Part shown: positions 1-9,006 of the stretch, piece by piece
Position numbering within the stretch: the first letter of the stretch is position 1
Layout: the number at the start of each line of letters is the position of its first letter
DNA from: Micrococcales bacterium
Lineage (GTDB): Bacteria; Actinomycetota; Actinomycetes; Actinomycetales; Microbacteriaceae
Reading direction: 5' to 3'
DNA length: 64,000 nucleotides
Assembly: GCA_947452235.1 (NCBI GenBank)
Contig: CANGBK010000004.1
Coordinates: 7,368 to 71,367, forward strand
The notes under the pieces: generated by a model
What the model was told of the DNA's origin: nothing
What the model saw: the letters and a program-made list of their open reading frames with translations, nothing else
The model's database searches: none
Translations under genes and position numbers: made by a program

Positions 1-306
1 AAAAGGAATCCCGTGCTTGGAACAAAGATAAATCAAAACTCCAGTGATTTGAGCAACACCCATAACAGTGTTCAGGTTCTGTTGTGAAAAGACACGTTCG
101 ATTGCGATGTGAGTCGGTTTAGTTCTTTTGATTAGGAGTTCTAGTTCATCGCCAAGTCCACCGATTCTTGTTGCCAGCTCCGCGCCAGAGTCAGATCTCA
201 GAACGCCGACTTCAACAAATGTAATCTGGCGACTTTTACCAACCTGAATTAGCCCGAAGCCTAAACGAGTAAGCCCTGGGTCAATTCCAAGTACGGTTTG
301 ATTCAA
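1..306 (-). CDS. ruvC: Crossover junction endodeoxyribonuclease RuvC, N-terminal part (gene runs off the window)
   Basis: My own minus-strand translation from TTG at 306 gives LNQTVLGIDPGLTRLGFGLIQVGKSRQITFVEVGVL...HIAIERVFSQQNLNTVMGVAQITGV, a typical RuvC N-terminus. It starts 1 nt after the yebC stop, as in the yebC-ruvCAB operon. It is absent from the ORF track because it is truncated. Confidence 0.8.
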   Translation of the reverse strand, partial: MNQTVLGIDPGLTRLGFGLIQVGKSRQITFVEVGVLRSDSGAELATRIGGLGDELELLIKRTKPTHIAIERVFSQQNLNTVMGVAQITGVLIYLCSKHGIPF

Positions 307-307
307 A

Positions 308-1066
308 CTATTCAGCCTCTAGTGCAGCTGCAACTTCAGGAGACATGTCAAAGTTCGAATAGACGTTCTGAACTTCATCGGAATCTTCAAGCCCATCGAT
401 GAGTGAAATGACTTTCTTAGCAGTCTCAAGATCAACTTGAACTGGCATAGAGGAAACAAACTCCACATCAGCAGACTCATAGTCAATACCTGCAGCCTGC
501 AGAGCTGTTCTAATCTCTACCATCGCGCTTGGGTCTGTTGTGATGATGAACTGCTCACCGCGGTCCTGAATGTCGTCAACACCGAACTCCAACACGGCTT
601 CGAAAATTTTGTCTTCAGTCGTGTCAGCTGTTTTTTCAACAACAATTACACCCTTACGACTGAACTGGTAGGAGACGGAACCAGGATCTGCCATGGTTCC
701 ACCGTTTCTGCTAACCGCTAGACGAACATCCGCTGCAGCTCTGTTCTTGTTATCGGTAAGACATTCGATGAGGATCGCAACACCGTTAGGTCCATACCCT
801 TCATACATAATGGTCTGATATTCAACACCGCCACCATCAAGACCAGCACCGCGCTTGATAGCTCTTTCGATGTTGTCGTTTGGAAGAGAGGACTTACGAC
901 CCTTTTGAACGGCATCATACAATGTTGGGTTACCGTCAAGATCTGGTCCACCGATACGAGCAGCGACTTCAATATTCTTGATGAGTTTCGCGAATAGCTT
1001 TGCTCTACGACCGTCGATTACGGCTTTTTTGTGTTTGGTGGTTGCCCATTTGGAGTGCCCGGACAT
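308..1066 (-). CDS. yebC: YebC/PmpR family DNA-binding transcriptional regulator
   Basis: 252 aa. The N-terminus [28 protein letters not shown] is the YebC family signature. It sits upstream of ruvC. Confidence 0.93.
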   Translation of the reverse strand: MSGHSKWATTKHKKAVIDGRRAKLFAKLIKNIEVAARIGGPDLDGNPTLYDAVQKGRKSSLPNDNIERAIKRGAGLDGGGVEYQTIMYEGYGPNGVAILIECLTDNKNRAAADVRLAVSRNGGTMADPGSVSYQFSRKGVIVVEKTADTTEDKIFEAVLEFGVDDIQDRGEQFIITTDPSAMVEIRTALQAAGIDYESADVEFVSSMPVQVDLETAKKVISLIDGLEDSDEVQNVYSNFDMSPEVAAALEAE

Positions 1067-1098
1067 GTTTCTCCTAGTTCAATTGATTCAAAGAAAGT

Positions 1099-1692
1099 TT
1101 AGTTTGTTGTCTTGAAATTTGCAGTTTTACACATCTCAACGAAATACTCGTGAACCTTAGTCTCCCCTGTTACTTCAGGGTGAAAACTGATTCCTAGAAG
1201 GTTTCCTTGACGAACCGCAACAATTCTGCCGTCTTCTAATTTGGATAGGACTTCAACGCTTGGACCTACTTCAGCGACAATAGGCGCTCTAATGAAGGCT
1301 GCTGACACGCTTTCGCCCTTGAAGCTCACCTCACTTTCAAAAGAATCGACCTGAGAGCCAAAAGCATTCCTTTGAACAGTTATGTCTAAACCGCCAAATG
1401 TTTGCTGTGTCGGAGTTCCATCCAAAAGTTTTTCTGCCAACATGATCAAACCTGCACAGGTGCCAAAGACTGGAAAACCATCTTTGATTAGTTTAATTAG
1501 AGGTTCTCGGATCTCATAAATCTTGCTGAGCTTATCTATCACTGTGCTTTCACCACCAGGAATAACTAATCCAGAGATTTGTTTCAGCTGAGACGGCTTC
1601 CTAACGGCAACAGTTTCAATGCCTAATGAATGAAGAGTTGCGATGTGCTCACGAAAGTCACCCTGCAGGCAGAGAACTCCAATTGGAAGCAA
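1099..1692 (-). CDS. pdxT: Pyridoxal 5'-phosphate synthase glutaminase subunit PdxT
   Basis: IGVLCLQGDFREH N-terminus and GTCAG nucleophile elbow. The TTG start lies 3 nt after the pdxS stop. Confidence 0.92.
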   Translation of the reverse strand: MLPIGVLCLQGDFREHIATLHSLGIETVAVRKPSQLKQISGLVIPGGESTVIDKLSKIYEIREPLIKLIKDGFPVFGTCAGLIMLAEKLLDGTPTQQTFGGLDITVQRNAFGSQVDSFESEVSFKGESVSAAFIRAPIVAEVGPSVEVLSKLEDGRIVAVRQGNLLGISFHPEVTGETKVHEYFVEMCKTANFKTTN

Positions 1693-1695
1693 TTA

Positions 1696-2589
1696 CTACC
1701 AGCCACGTTCTGCTAGACGGTGTGGAGCTGGAAGATCTGCGACGTTAATACCAACCATGGCTTCACCAAGACCACGGCTAACCTGAGCGAGGACATCAGG
1801 GTCATCAAAGCTAGTTGTTGCCTTAACAATTGCTGCTGCACGCGCTGCCGGGTTGCCTGACTTAAAGATTCCAGAACCAACAAAGACGCCGTCGGCACCA
1901 AGTTGCATCATCATCGCAGCATCAGCTGGAGTTGCAACACCACCGGCGGTAAATAGAACTACTGGAAGCTTGCCAGTTCTTGCAACTTCACGCACTAGTT
2001 CGATTGGAGCTTGAAGTTCCTTTGCTGCAACATAAAGTTCATCTTCACTCTTAGCTGAAAGAGTGCGAATCTCACCGAGGATTGTTCTGATGTGCTTAGT
2101 CGCTTCGCTGACATCACCGGTTCCTGCTTCACCCTTTGAGCGAATCATTGCAGCACCTTCAGTGATACGACGTAGTGCTTCACCAAGGTTAGTTGCACCA
2201 CAAACAAAAGGAACATCAAATTTCCACTTATCAATGTGGTTTAGGTAATCAGCTGGCGATAGCACTTCTGATTCATCGATGTAGTCAACTTTTAGTGACT
2301 GCAGAATTTGAGCCTCCACGAAGTGTCCGATACGAGCTTTAGCCATAACAGGAATAGAAACAGCACCGATAATGCCATCAATCAAATCTGGATCACTCAT
2401 TCGAGCAACACCACCCTGAGCACGAATGTCAGCTGGAACTCGTTCAAGAGCCATAACTGCTACGGCACCAGCATCTTCTGCAATCTTCGCTTGATCAGCT
2501 GTGACCACGTCCATGATCACACCGCCTTTGAGCATCTCTGCAAGGCCGCGCTTAACTAAAGGGGTTGAAGTGTTTTTATTTTCAGACAT
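1696..2589 (-). CDS. pdxS: Pyridoxal 5'-phosphate synthase lyase subunit PdxS
   Basis: 297 aa with [21 protein letters not shown] and [11 protein letters not shown] motifs typical of PdxS/SNZ. Confidence 0.95.
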   Translation of the reverse strand: MSENKNTSTPLVKRGLAEMLKGGVIMDVVTADQAKIAEDAGAVAVMALERVPADIRAQGGVARMSDPDLIDGIIGAVSIPVMAKARIGHFVEAQILQSLKVDYIDESEVLSPADYLNHIDKWKFDVPFVCGATNLGEALRRITEGAAMIRSKGEAGTGDVSEATKHIRTILGEIRTLSAKSEDELYVAAKELQAPIELVREVARTGKLPVVLFTAGGVATPADAAMMMQLGADGVFVGSGIFKSGNPAARAAAIVKATTSFDDPDVLAQVSRGLGEAMVGINVADLPAPHRLAERGW

Positions 2590-2630
2590 AGATAAAGTCT
2601 AAACCCTTACCAACGACGTAAAGTTATGGC

Positions 2631-3188
2631 TTATTCCGGGTCCAGCCAGGCTTTAGCTATCTCAGTTCTAACCTCACCTAGCAGCTTTGGCAACGCCTTA
2701 GTTTGGGCAATTATTGGGAAAAAGTTACTGTCATTGGACCATCTAGGCACGATGTGTTGGTGAAGGTGCCCTGCAATTCCAGCCCCGGCAACCTCGCCCT
2801 GATTCATACCAATGTTGAAGCCGTGGGCTCCTGAAGTTTTCTTCAAAACACGCATAGCTTTTTGAGTGAGCGCTCCATATTCAGCAACTTCGGCAACGCT
2901 GGCATCTGTGTAGTTGGGTATGTGCCTGTAAGGAACAACTAAAAGATGACCTGAGTTGTATGGGTAGAGATTTAGAAGAACAAAGCAGGTCTCTCCCCTG
3001 TGCACGATTAGCGAATGCTCGTCAGATAACGTTGGTCCAATGCAAAACGGGCACTCATCCTGCTTAGGTTGAGTTCCGGTCTGAATGTAGATCAAACGAT
3101 GAGGGGTCCATAACCGTTGGAAAGAATCAGGCACTCCTTGAAGTGCAGCTGCATCCTCTAAGTTTCTTGACTCCTCAGAGCTATTCAC
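2631..3188 (-). CDS. HIT family protein (Ap4A phosphorylase / GalT-like branch)
   Basis: Histidine triad HLHQHIVPRW. The GTG start overlaps the thrS stop by 1 nt (TAGTG). Its position next to thrS matches the mycobacterial Ap4A phosphorylase neighbour (from memory). Confidence 0.8.
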   Translation of the reverse strand: MNSSEESRNLEDAAALQGVPDSFQRLWTPHRLIYIQTGTQPKQDECPFCIGPTLSDEHSLIVHRGETCFVLLNLYPYNSGHLLVVPYRHIPNYTDASVAEVAEYGALTQKAMRVLKKTSGAHGFNIGMNQGEVAGAGIAGHLHQHIVPRWSNDSNFFPIIAQTKALPKLLGEVRTEIAKAWLDPE

Positions 3189-5194
3189 TAGACCTGCACT
3201 CGCTCTGCAATGTCTTTTAGGATTCGGGCAATGGCTTCTGCCTTTGGAACACCGTTAATCTGTGAACCATCTCTGAATCTGAACGAAACCGCATTATTTG
3301 CTTTGTCTTCAGCACCTGCGATTAGTTGGTAAGGAACCTTAGCTAAGGTGTGGTTACGAATCTTCTTCTGCATGCGCTCATCGCTGTCGTCAATTTGAAT
3401 TCGAACTCCAGCTTTTCGAAGTTCAGAAGCGATCTCATGAAGATACTCAGAGAATTCATCGGCGATTGGAATCCCAACTACCTGAATCGGTGCCAGCCAT
3501 GGCGGGAAGTGTCCAGCGTAGTGTTCGGTTAGAACACCAAAGAATCTTTCAATGGATCCAAATAAAGCACGGTGAATCATTACAGGACGCTGTTTAGTTC
3601 CATCCGGTGCTGTGTATTCAAGGTCGAAGCGTTCAGGCAGGTTGAAGTCCAACTGAATAGTCGACATCTGCCATGTTCTACCAATCGCGTCTTTAGCCTG
3701 AACAGAAATCTTTGGGCCATAGAACGCAGCGCCACCTGGATCAGGCACTAGTTCAAGACCGGACTCCTTGGCAACGGATTCAAGAGTTGAAGTAGCCTCA
3801 ATCCAAATGTCATCTGAACCGACGAACTTCGGGTTACCTTCTTCTTTGGTTGAAAGTTCCAAGTAGAAATCAGTAAGTCCATAGTCGCGAAGCAGGTCAA
3901 GAACAAAGTTCAGGACGTTGGTTAATTCGCTTCTAATGCTCTCTCTAGCTACATATAGGTGAGCATCATCTTGAGTGAAACCACGTGCACGAGTAATGCC
4001 GTGAAGAACCCCTGATTTCTCGTAACGGTACACAGTTCCAAATTCGAAAAGACGAAGTGGAAGATCTCTATAAGAACGAGCTTGAGATTTGTAAATCAAA
4101 CAGTGGAAGGGACAGTTCATCGGCTTTAGATAGTAATCCTGAGCCTGGCGTTTGATGTTGCCTTCCTCATCGCGCTCTTCATCTAGCTGTAGTGGTGGAA
4201 ACATACCTTCGGCATACCATTCAAGGTGGCCAGAGGTTTCAAACAAGTTGGCCTTAGTCACGTGCGGGCTATAAACAAATTCGTAACCGCTCTCATCGTG
4301 ACGTTTACGAGAGTAATCTTCCATGACTCGACGAATCACCCCACCTTTAGGGTGGAATACCGCTAAACCGGAACCAATTTCCTCAGGGAATGAAAACAGA
4401 TCTAGCTCTGCGCCGAGACGTCGATGATCACGTTTAGCTGCTTCTTCCATTTGCAACTGGTAAGCCTTCAGTTCATCTTTCGTTGGCCAGGCAGTCCCAT
4501 AAATTCTTTGCAGCTGTTTATTGTTCTCGTTTCCTCGCCAATATGCAGCGGCAACACGAGTCAGTGAAAATCCGTTACCAATCATTCTTGTATTTGGTAA
4601 ATGAGGTCCTCGGCAAAGGTCTTTCCAAACAACCTTGTCAGCTTGAACATCGAAGTTGTCGTAAATGGTTAGTTCACCTGCACCAACTTCGGCAGCTGCC
4701 TCACCAACATCGGCGTTGCCGCTTTTTAGGCCAATGAGTTCAAGCTTGTATGGCTCGTTAGAAAGTTCAATGGCTGCATCTTGATCGTTGGTAACCCGAC
4801 GTAAGAATCTCTGCCCGGAACGAATAATCCGGTCCATCTCTTTTTCAAGAGCCTTCAGGTCTTCAGGTGTGAAAGGTGACTCGACATCAAAGTCATAGTA
4901 GAAACCATCTTTGATCGGAGGACCAATACCCAGTTTGGCTTCAGGGTTGATGTTCTGGACGGCTTGGGCTAAAACGTGAGCGGTTGAGTGTCTAAGGATG
5001 TTAAGACCATCCTGGCTATCGATAGATACACCTTCGACAACATCGGAATCAGCCACCTCGTGGGCTAGATCTTTAAGTTCACCGTTGACCTTGAGTGCAA
5101 CGATTCTCTTGTCGCTAAAGAGCTTGAAACCGGTAGAACCAGCTTCAACTTCTACTTGTGACCCATCCAGGGTTATTTTGATCATGCTCACCAA
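3188..5194 (-). CDS. thrS: Threonine--tRNA ligase
   Basis: 668 aa with an N-terminal TGS-like domain, the [11 protein letters not shown] editing motif and a class II catalytic core. The longest ORF starts at TTG 5194. ATG at 5185 ([10 protein letters not shown]) is an equally plausible start. Confidence 0.93.
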   Translation of the reverse strand: MVSMIKITLDGSQVEVEAGSTGFKLFSDKRIVALKVNGELKDLAHEVADSDVVEGVSIDSQDGLNILRHSTAHVLAQAVQNINPEAKLGIGPPIKDGFYYDFDVESPFTPEDLKALEKEMDRIIRSGQRFLRRVTNDQDAAIELSNEPYKLELIGLKSGNADVGEAAAEVGAGELTIYDNFDVQADKVVWKDLCRGPHLPNTRMIGNGFSLTRVAAAYWRGNENNKQLQRIYGTAWPTKDELKAYQLQMEEAAKRDHRRLGAELDLFSFPEEIGSGLAVFHPKGGVIRRVMEDYSRKRHDESGYEFVYSPHVTKANLFETSGHLEWYAEGMFPPLQLDEERDEEGNIKRQAQDYYLKPMNCPFHCLIYKSQARSYRDLPLRLFEFGTVYRYEKSGVLHGITRARGFTQDDAHLYVARESIRSELTNVLNFVLDLLRDYGLTDFYLELSTKEEGNPKFVGSDDIWIEATSTLESVAKESGLELVPDPGGAAFYGPKISVQAKDAIGRTWQMSTIQLDFNLPERFDLEYTAPDGTKQRPVMIHRALFGSIERFFGVLTEHYAGHFPPWLAPIQVVGIPIADEFSEYLHEIASELRKAGVRIQIDDSDERMQKKIRNHTLAKVPYQLIAGAEDKANNAVSFRFRDGSQINGVPKAEAIARILKDIAERVQV

Positions 5195-5283
5195 TGCTCC
5201 AACTGCCTAATAGACATCTTATTCCAGACACGGTTAGGAGAGCCTTACTAGATAAAAGCCCAAAACTAGTGTTTTGTTTGATT

Positions 5284-6027
5284 ATGACCAAACCAAATAC
5301 CCCAGAAATTGATGCTCTGATTACTTCAACAGAGTTCAAGCGAAATGCCATGGCGGCTAAGCTCAATTGGCTTAGAGCGGGTGTTCTAGGAGCAAACGAT
5401 GGAATCATGTCCACGTCAGGTATGGTGCTCGGTGTCGCAGCTGCACCAGGAGCAACGTCAGGGAGCATTCTGGTAGCTGGTGTTGCCGCAGTGGTAGCAG
5501 GATCGATATCTATGGCCGGTGGTGAATACACATCGGTGAGCGCTCAAAGAGACAGCGAAAAAGCTGCTTTAGCTCTAGAAAGAGAAGAACTTAAGGCAAA
5601 CCCTGAAGCAGAACTGCGCGAGCTTGCCTGGTTCTATGAGCAGAAGGGTATGTCTCCCAAATTGGCATTCCAGGTGGCAGAGGAACTAACAGCTAAGGAT
5701 GTTCTTAAAGCTCACGCTGAAGCTGAATTAGGAATTGATTCGGATCACCACGTGAGTCCAATACAAGCAGCATTGTCTTCTTTCGTTGCCTTTGCAATTG
5801 GTGGAATGCTTCCCCTGTTGGCTGTTGCAGGGCCTTGGGTTGACTTTAGATTGCAAGCAACAGTTGGTGCTGTCGTATTAGCGCTTCTTTTGACCGGCTA
5901 CGTCGGAGCGAAAATCGGTGGTGCGAAACCGATGCGTGGAATGGTTCGAAACGTTGCTATCAGCTTGTTAACGATGGGAGTCACCTACGCTATCGGCTCA
6001 CTGGTTGGCACTCACCTAGTTGGTTAG
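5284..6027 (+). CDS. VIT1/CCC1 family iron/manganese transporter
   Basis: LRAGVLGANDGIMSTSGMVLGV motif, a central acidic helical region and C-terminal TM helices. I prefer ATG 5284 (MTKPNTPE) to the track start 5194, which would abut the divergent thrS start. Confidence 0.8.
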   Translation: MTKPNTPEIDALITSTEFKRNAMAAKLNWLRAGVLGANDGIMSTSGMVLGVAAAPGATSGSILVAGVAAVVAGSISMAGGEYTSVSAQRDSEKAALALEREELKANPEAELRELAWFYEQKGMSPKLAFQVAEELTAKDVLKAHAEAELGIDSDHHVSPIQAALSSFVAFAIGGMLPLLAVAGPWVDFRLQATVGAVVLALLLTGYVGAKIGGAKPMRGMVRNVAISLLTMGVTYAIGSLVGTHLVG

Positions 6028-8627
6028 CGAATAACCTTCGAAGTCTTTAGGGATTTCTGAACAACCGCAGGTAAGCCAACTTTAGTTCCAGTAACTGCAA
6101 CGTAGATCTGCTTACCAACATCAGCGGCACCTAATTTATAGATCGCTGATTTAGCTCCAGAGATTTTTGTCGTTCCTCGGTACCACTGGTAGGTAAAGAG
6201 CACTCCTGATTCCCATGCACCTGATCGGGCAAAAAGAAGTTGTCCAACTTTTGTTTTGCCGGTGATAGTTGGAACAGCTTTGATAAGAATGCGCTTTGCT
6301 GAACCAATCGGTCCAAAGTTTGCGGACCTCATACCTTCCGAGCTAATCCCCCATTTAGTTAACACAACTGAAGCATTGAAGAACTTATTTAAATCAGAAA
6401 CTGTGGGGACATATGAAATCTGGTTTGCACCACTAACAGCCAGACCAACAACTTTAGAATCGCTTGCTTTGTTCCAGGAATAGGCTGCGGTTGCTTGTGG
6501 TTCATTTGATGAGATAGCCGCGAAGATTGTCTCACCTACGTTAGCAAGCCCTGAAACAGTAACAGTAACTTTTGCGAACGGCTCAGGGAATCCGAAGCTC
6601 GAACCTAACTGTCCGGTTGAGTTTGAGCCCCAGCATTTCAAGAAACCATCGGTGTTAATTGCACAGGCGTGTTCATCACCAACAGAAACTTGTCGATTAG
6701 AAGTGGTGGGTGTACCGGTAGTCAAAGTCGCTACATCAGTTAGTGTCCCTGACTTTAATCCTGTTCGACCAAGTTTTAGATTCGAGTTTGAACCTAAACA
6801 AGCAACTTGGTTGCCAGAAGTTTTTACAACACAAATGCTGTTGTTTCCTACTGCTACATCTGAGTAAGTTCCTGGTAGCAAACCTGGAGATTGTAGGTCT
6901 GAGTTCTCGCCGACACAATTTAACCTGTTATCACTCATGAGGAAACAGTTCTCGTTGCCACCGCTTGCAACCTTTGTGACGCTTGCTGTTTGCGTTACGA
7001 GAGTAAGACCGAGCTTGGTGGTTGAATTGTTGGCTATCTGCTTCTTAGCGTTATCTCCCCAACAGTAAACCGTTCCACCAGTAACTAGAGAGCAGCTGTG
7101 ATATAGCCCAGACGCAATGTCAACTGCGTTCGCTAAACCAGGGACAACAACAGCACTTTTACTGTCAACGCCTGAGTATCCAAGTTGCTGATGAGAATTA
7201 TCTCCCCAACAAAAAATCAAACCATCCTTAGTGTTTGCGCAGAAGTGACGGTATCCAGCTGCCACGTGGCCTGCCTTACGAGTTCCTAGGCCTAGAACAA
7301 CCGTAGGAGTCGTAGCTGATTTATTCGAACCATCACCAAGCTGCCCTGATCCATTAGCTCCCCAACACCAAATCGCTCCCGATACAGGAATTGCGCAAGC
7401 ACTCACAGTGCCAACTGAAACATCCGTAAACAAAGTTCCGTCAGTTCCCTCTGGAACCAAAGGTCCCCAACACTTTAGATTTCCTTGCGCGTCGATCGCG
7501 CAAGTAGTATTGGTGCCGGTTGAAACTTTAGTGAAACCAGAATCAAATACCGGACCAATAGGTGCTGCAGATGAGTCGGTGATTCCACTCTGCCCCTTGG
7601 AATTATCTCCTGTGCATTTGATTGCACCATCAAGTAACATTGCACAAAGGAAATTTGAGCCAGCATCGATTGCAATCGAACTAGGAATAATAGTTGGTAC
7701 TCGTGTGCTTTGAATAGAAGCGCCTGCAGAGATTTGGTTGCGTGAGTTATCTCCCCAGCAGTAAGAAGATCCGCTGGTATCCAACGCACAAGCAAACTGA
7801 GCTCCGGCTGTAATTGACTTGATGTCGCTCAAACCACTAACTTCAACGATGTCAGTAGTAACCGAAGTGTTGCCCTGGCCTAACTGACCTTTTGAGTTAT
7901 CTCCCCAACACTTAACTGAAGTTACTATCAGAGCGCAAGCAAAGTCAGATCCGACTGCGACACTGGTGGCACCAGATGTGCCACCGATGATAGTTGTTGT
8001 TGAAGTAAACGGAGCAGAGCCAAGACAATAAACAGAAACGTTCACATAACAAAGCGCTTCGGGTCCAACCGCAATTGCAGTTGCTCCGGTTATGTTCAAA
8101 TCTCTTGGAGTGCTCTCGTATTCAACTTGGCCGGTTAGTGGAGTTGTCGCCCCCCAGCAGAGGACTCTGCTTGCTTGAGTTAGTGCACAAGCGAAGTCGT
8201 TTCCCGCTTGAATGTCTGAAAGTTTTGCCTCACTGCCAATACGACTCGAGTATGGGGAACTTCCACTTTTTCCGAGCTGACCTTTGAGGTTATCTCCCCA
8301 GCAATACCCAAGTTCATCAATGCCAATAGAGCAAGCGAACGATTTTCCAACTGTGACGCTAAGACCCTTATCGACTATTGACACTGGTCTTGGCTGGCTT
8401 GAAGAAGTTTTTGAACCATCACCCAATTGACTGAATGAGTTGTCCCCAACACAGAAGATAACGTTTTCGCCGCGCAGTGCACAGGTCGAACTGAATCCTG
8501 CACTAAAAGATCTTTGAATGATTGAAGGTGAGGTTACCGCAGTGGAAGACTGAATGGGCATGAGAGAAGAGACAGCCAAAACGAAAATTGCTATCGCTGT
8601 TCTAAGGAAAGACTTAGTAACTCTCAT
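6024..8627 (-). CDS. Secreted RCC1-repeat (beta-propeller) protein with C-terminal Ig-like repeats
   Basis: Signal peptide MRVTKSFLRTAIAIFVLAVSSLMP. There are 14 repeats of the x-C-[WVLT]-G-[DSE]-N-x-x-G-Q-L-G type, each preceded by an F-A-C-A-like strand. Two C-terminal repeats have a Y-x-W...G-A...Y pattern (YSWNKASD..., YQWYRGTTKISGAKSAIYKLGAADVGKQIYVAVTG). Confidence 0.85.
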   Translation of the reverse strand: MRVTKSFLRTAIAIFVLAVSSLMPIQSSTAVTSPSIIQRSFSAGFSSTCALRGENVIFCVGDNSFSQLGDGSKTSSSQPRPVSIVDKGLSVTVGKSFACSIGIDELGYCWGDNLKGQLGKSGSSPYSSRIGSEAKLSDIQAGNDFACALTQASRVLCWGATTPLTGQVEYESTPRDLNITGATAIAVGPEALCYVNVSVYCLGSAPFTSTTTIIGGTSGATSVAVGSDFACALIVTSVKCWGDNSKGQLGQGNTSVTTDIVEVSGLSDIKSITAGAQFACALDTSGSSYCWGDNSRNQISAGASIQSTRVPTIIPSSIAIDAGSNFLCAMLLDGAIKCTGDNSKGQSGITDSSAAPIGPVFDSGFTKVSTGTNTTCAIDAQGNLKCWGPLVPEGTDGTLFTDVSVGTVSACAIPVSGAIWCWGANGSGQLGDGSNKSATTPTVVLGLGTRKAGHVAAGYRHFCANTKDGLIFCWGDNSHQQLGYSGVDSKSAVVVPGLANAVDIASGLYHSCSLVTGGTVYCWGDNAKKQIANNSTTKLGLTLVTQTASVTKVASGGNENCFLMSDNRLNCVGENSDLQSPGLLPGTYSDVAVGNNSICVVKTSGNQVACLGSNSNLKLGRTGLKSGTLTDVATLTTGTPTTSNRQVSVGDEHACAINTDGFLKCWGSNSTGQLGSSFGFPEPFAKVTVTVSGLANVGETIFAAISSNEPQATAAYSWNKASDSKVVGLAVSGANQISYVPTVSDLNKFFNASVVLTKWGISSEGMRSANFGPIGSAKRILIKAVPTITGKTKVGQLLFARSGAWESGVLFTYQWYRGTTKISGAKSAIYKLGAADVGKQIYVAVTGTKVGLPAVVQKSLKTSKVIR

Positions 8628-8650
8628 ATTGAAAGACTAACAAGATTATG

Positions 8651-8725
8651 TGGTGGACGATACTGGGATCGAACCAGTGACCCCTTCCATGTCAAGGAAG
8701 TGCGCTACCGCTGCGCCAATCGTCC
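8651..8725 (-). tRNA. tRNA-Val (anticodon GAC), CCA encoded
   Basis: The reverse complement ggacgattggcgcagcggtagcgcacttccttGACatggaaggggtcactggttcgatcccagtatcgtccacca folds as a cloverleaf by hand: 7-bp acceptor stem, GGTTCGATCC T arm and anticodon loop ttGACat. Confidence 0.93.
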
Positions 8726-8737
8726 GGGTCTAAAGCT

Positions 8738-8815
8738 TGGAGGTGGAGACGGGATTTGAACCCGTGGTTTTACAGCTTTGCAGGCTGCTGCTTTGGGCCG
8801 CTCAGCCACTCCACC
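8738..8815 (-). tRNA. tRNA-Cys (anticodon GCA), CCA encoded
   Basis: The reverse complement ggtggagtggctgagcggcccaaagcagcagcctGCAaagctgtaaaaccacgggttcaaatcccgtctccacctcca has a ggtggag/ctccacc acceptor stem, a GGGTTCAAATCCC T arm and anticodon loop ctGCAaa. Confidence 0.88.
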
Positions 8816-8849
8816 ACGTTTACCACGAGGCTTATAAGAGCCCGCTTCG

Positions 8850-8922
8850 AGCGGATGACGAGATTCGAACTCGCGACCCCAACCTTGGCAAGGTTGTGCT
8901 CTACCAACTGAGCCACATCCGC
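8850..8922 (-). tRNA. tRNA-Gly (anticodon GCC), CCA not encoded
   Basis: The reverse complement gcggatgtggctcagttggtagagcacaaccttGCCaaggttggggtcgcgagttcgaatctcgtcatccgct has a gcggatg/catccgc acceptor stem and anticodon loop ttGCCaa. This is the first gene of a Gly-Cys-Val operon, the same order as in mycobacteria (from memory). Confidence 0.93.
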
Positions 8923-8930
8923 ATATCTTT

Positions 8931-8983
8931 CACAAGACAAATAGAACTCTAACCGATTTTTAGTTTTTTTGCACGGTTAGAGT
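8931..8983 (-). terminator. Candidate intrinsic terminator downstream of amt
   Basis: Perfect 10-bp stem: actctaaccg (8946-8955) pairs with cggttagagt (8974-8983), with an 18-nt A/T loop. On the minus strand it is followed by TCTATTTGTCTTG and starts 24 nt after the amt stop. The long loop lowers confidence. Confidence 0.5.
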
Positions 8984-9006
8984 CCCATTTTGTTGAGTTC
9001 TAAAAG

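Noticed and set aside
5145-5531. 128-aa minus-strand ORF spanning the thrS start and the VIT gene
   Set aside because: It overlaps two well-supported genes out of frame, and its composition looks non-protein-like.
6024-8922. The RCC1-repeat gene as cargo of a tRNA-targeted genomic island
   Set aside because: There is no integrase, no repeat of the tRNA-Val 3' end near 6024, and no obvious compositional shift by eye. The gene is tightly interlocked with the VIT gene through a shared TTAG stop.
8737-8952. 71-aa plus-strand ORF in the supplied track
   Set aside because: It lies entirely antisense across the tRNA-Cys and tRNA-Gly genes and the amt terminator hairpin. Its sequence is explained by the tRNA genes, so it is not a CDS.
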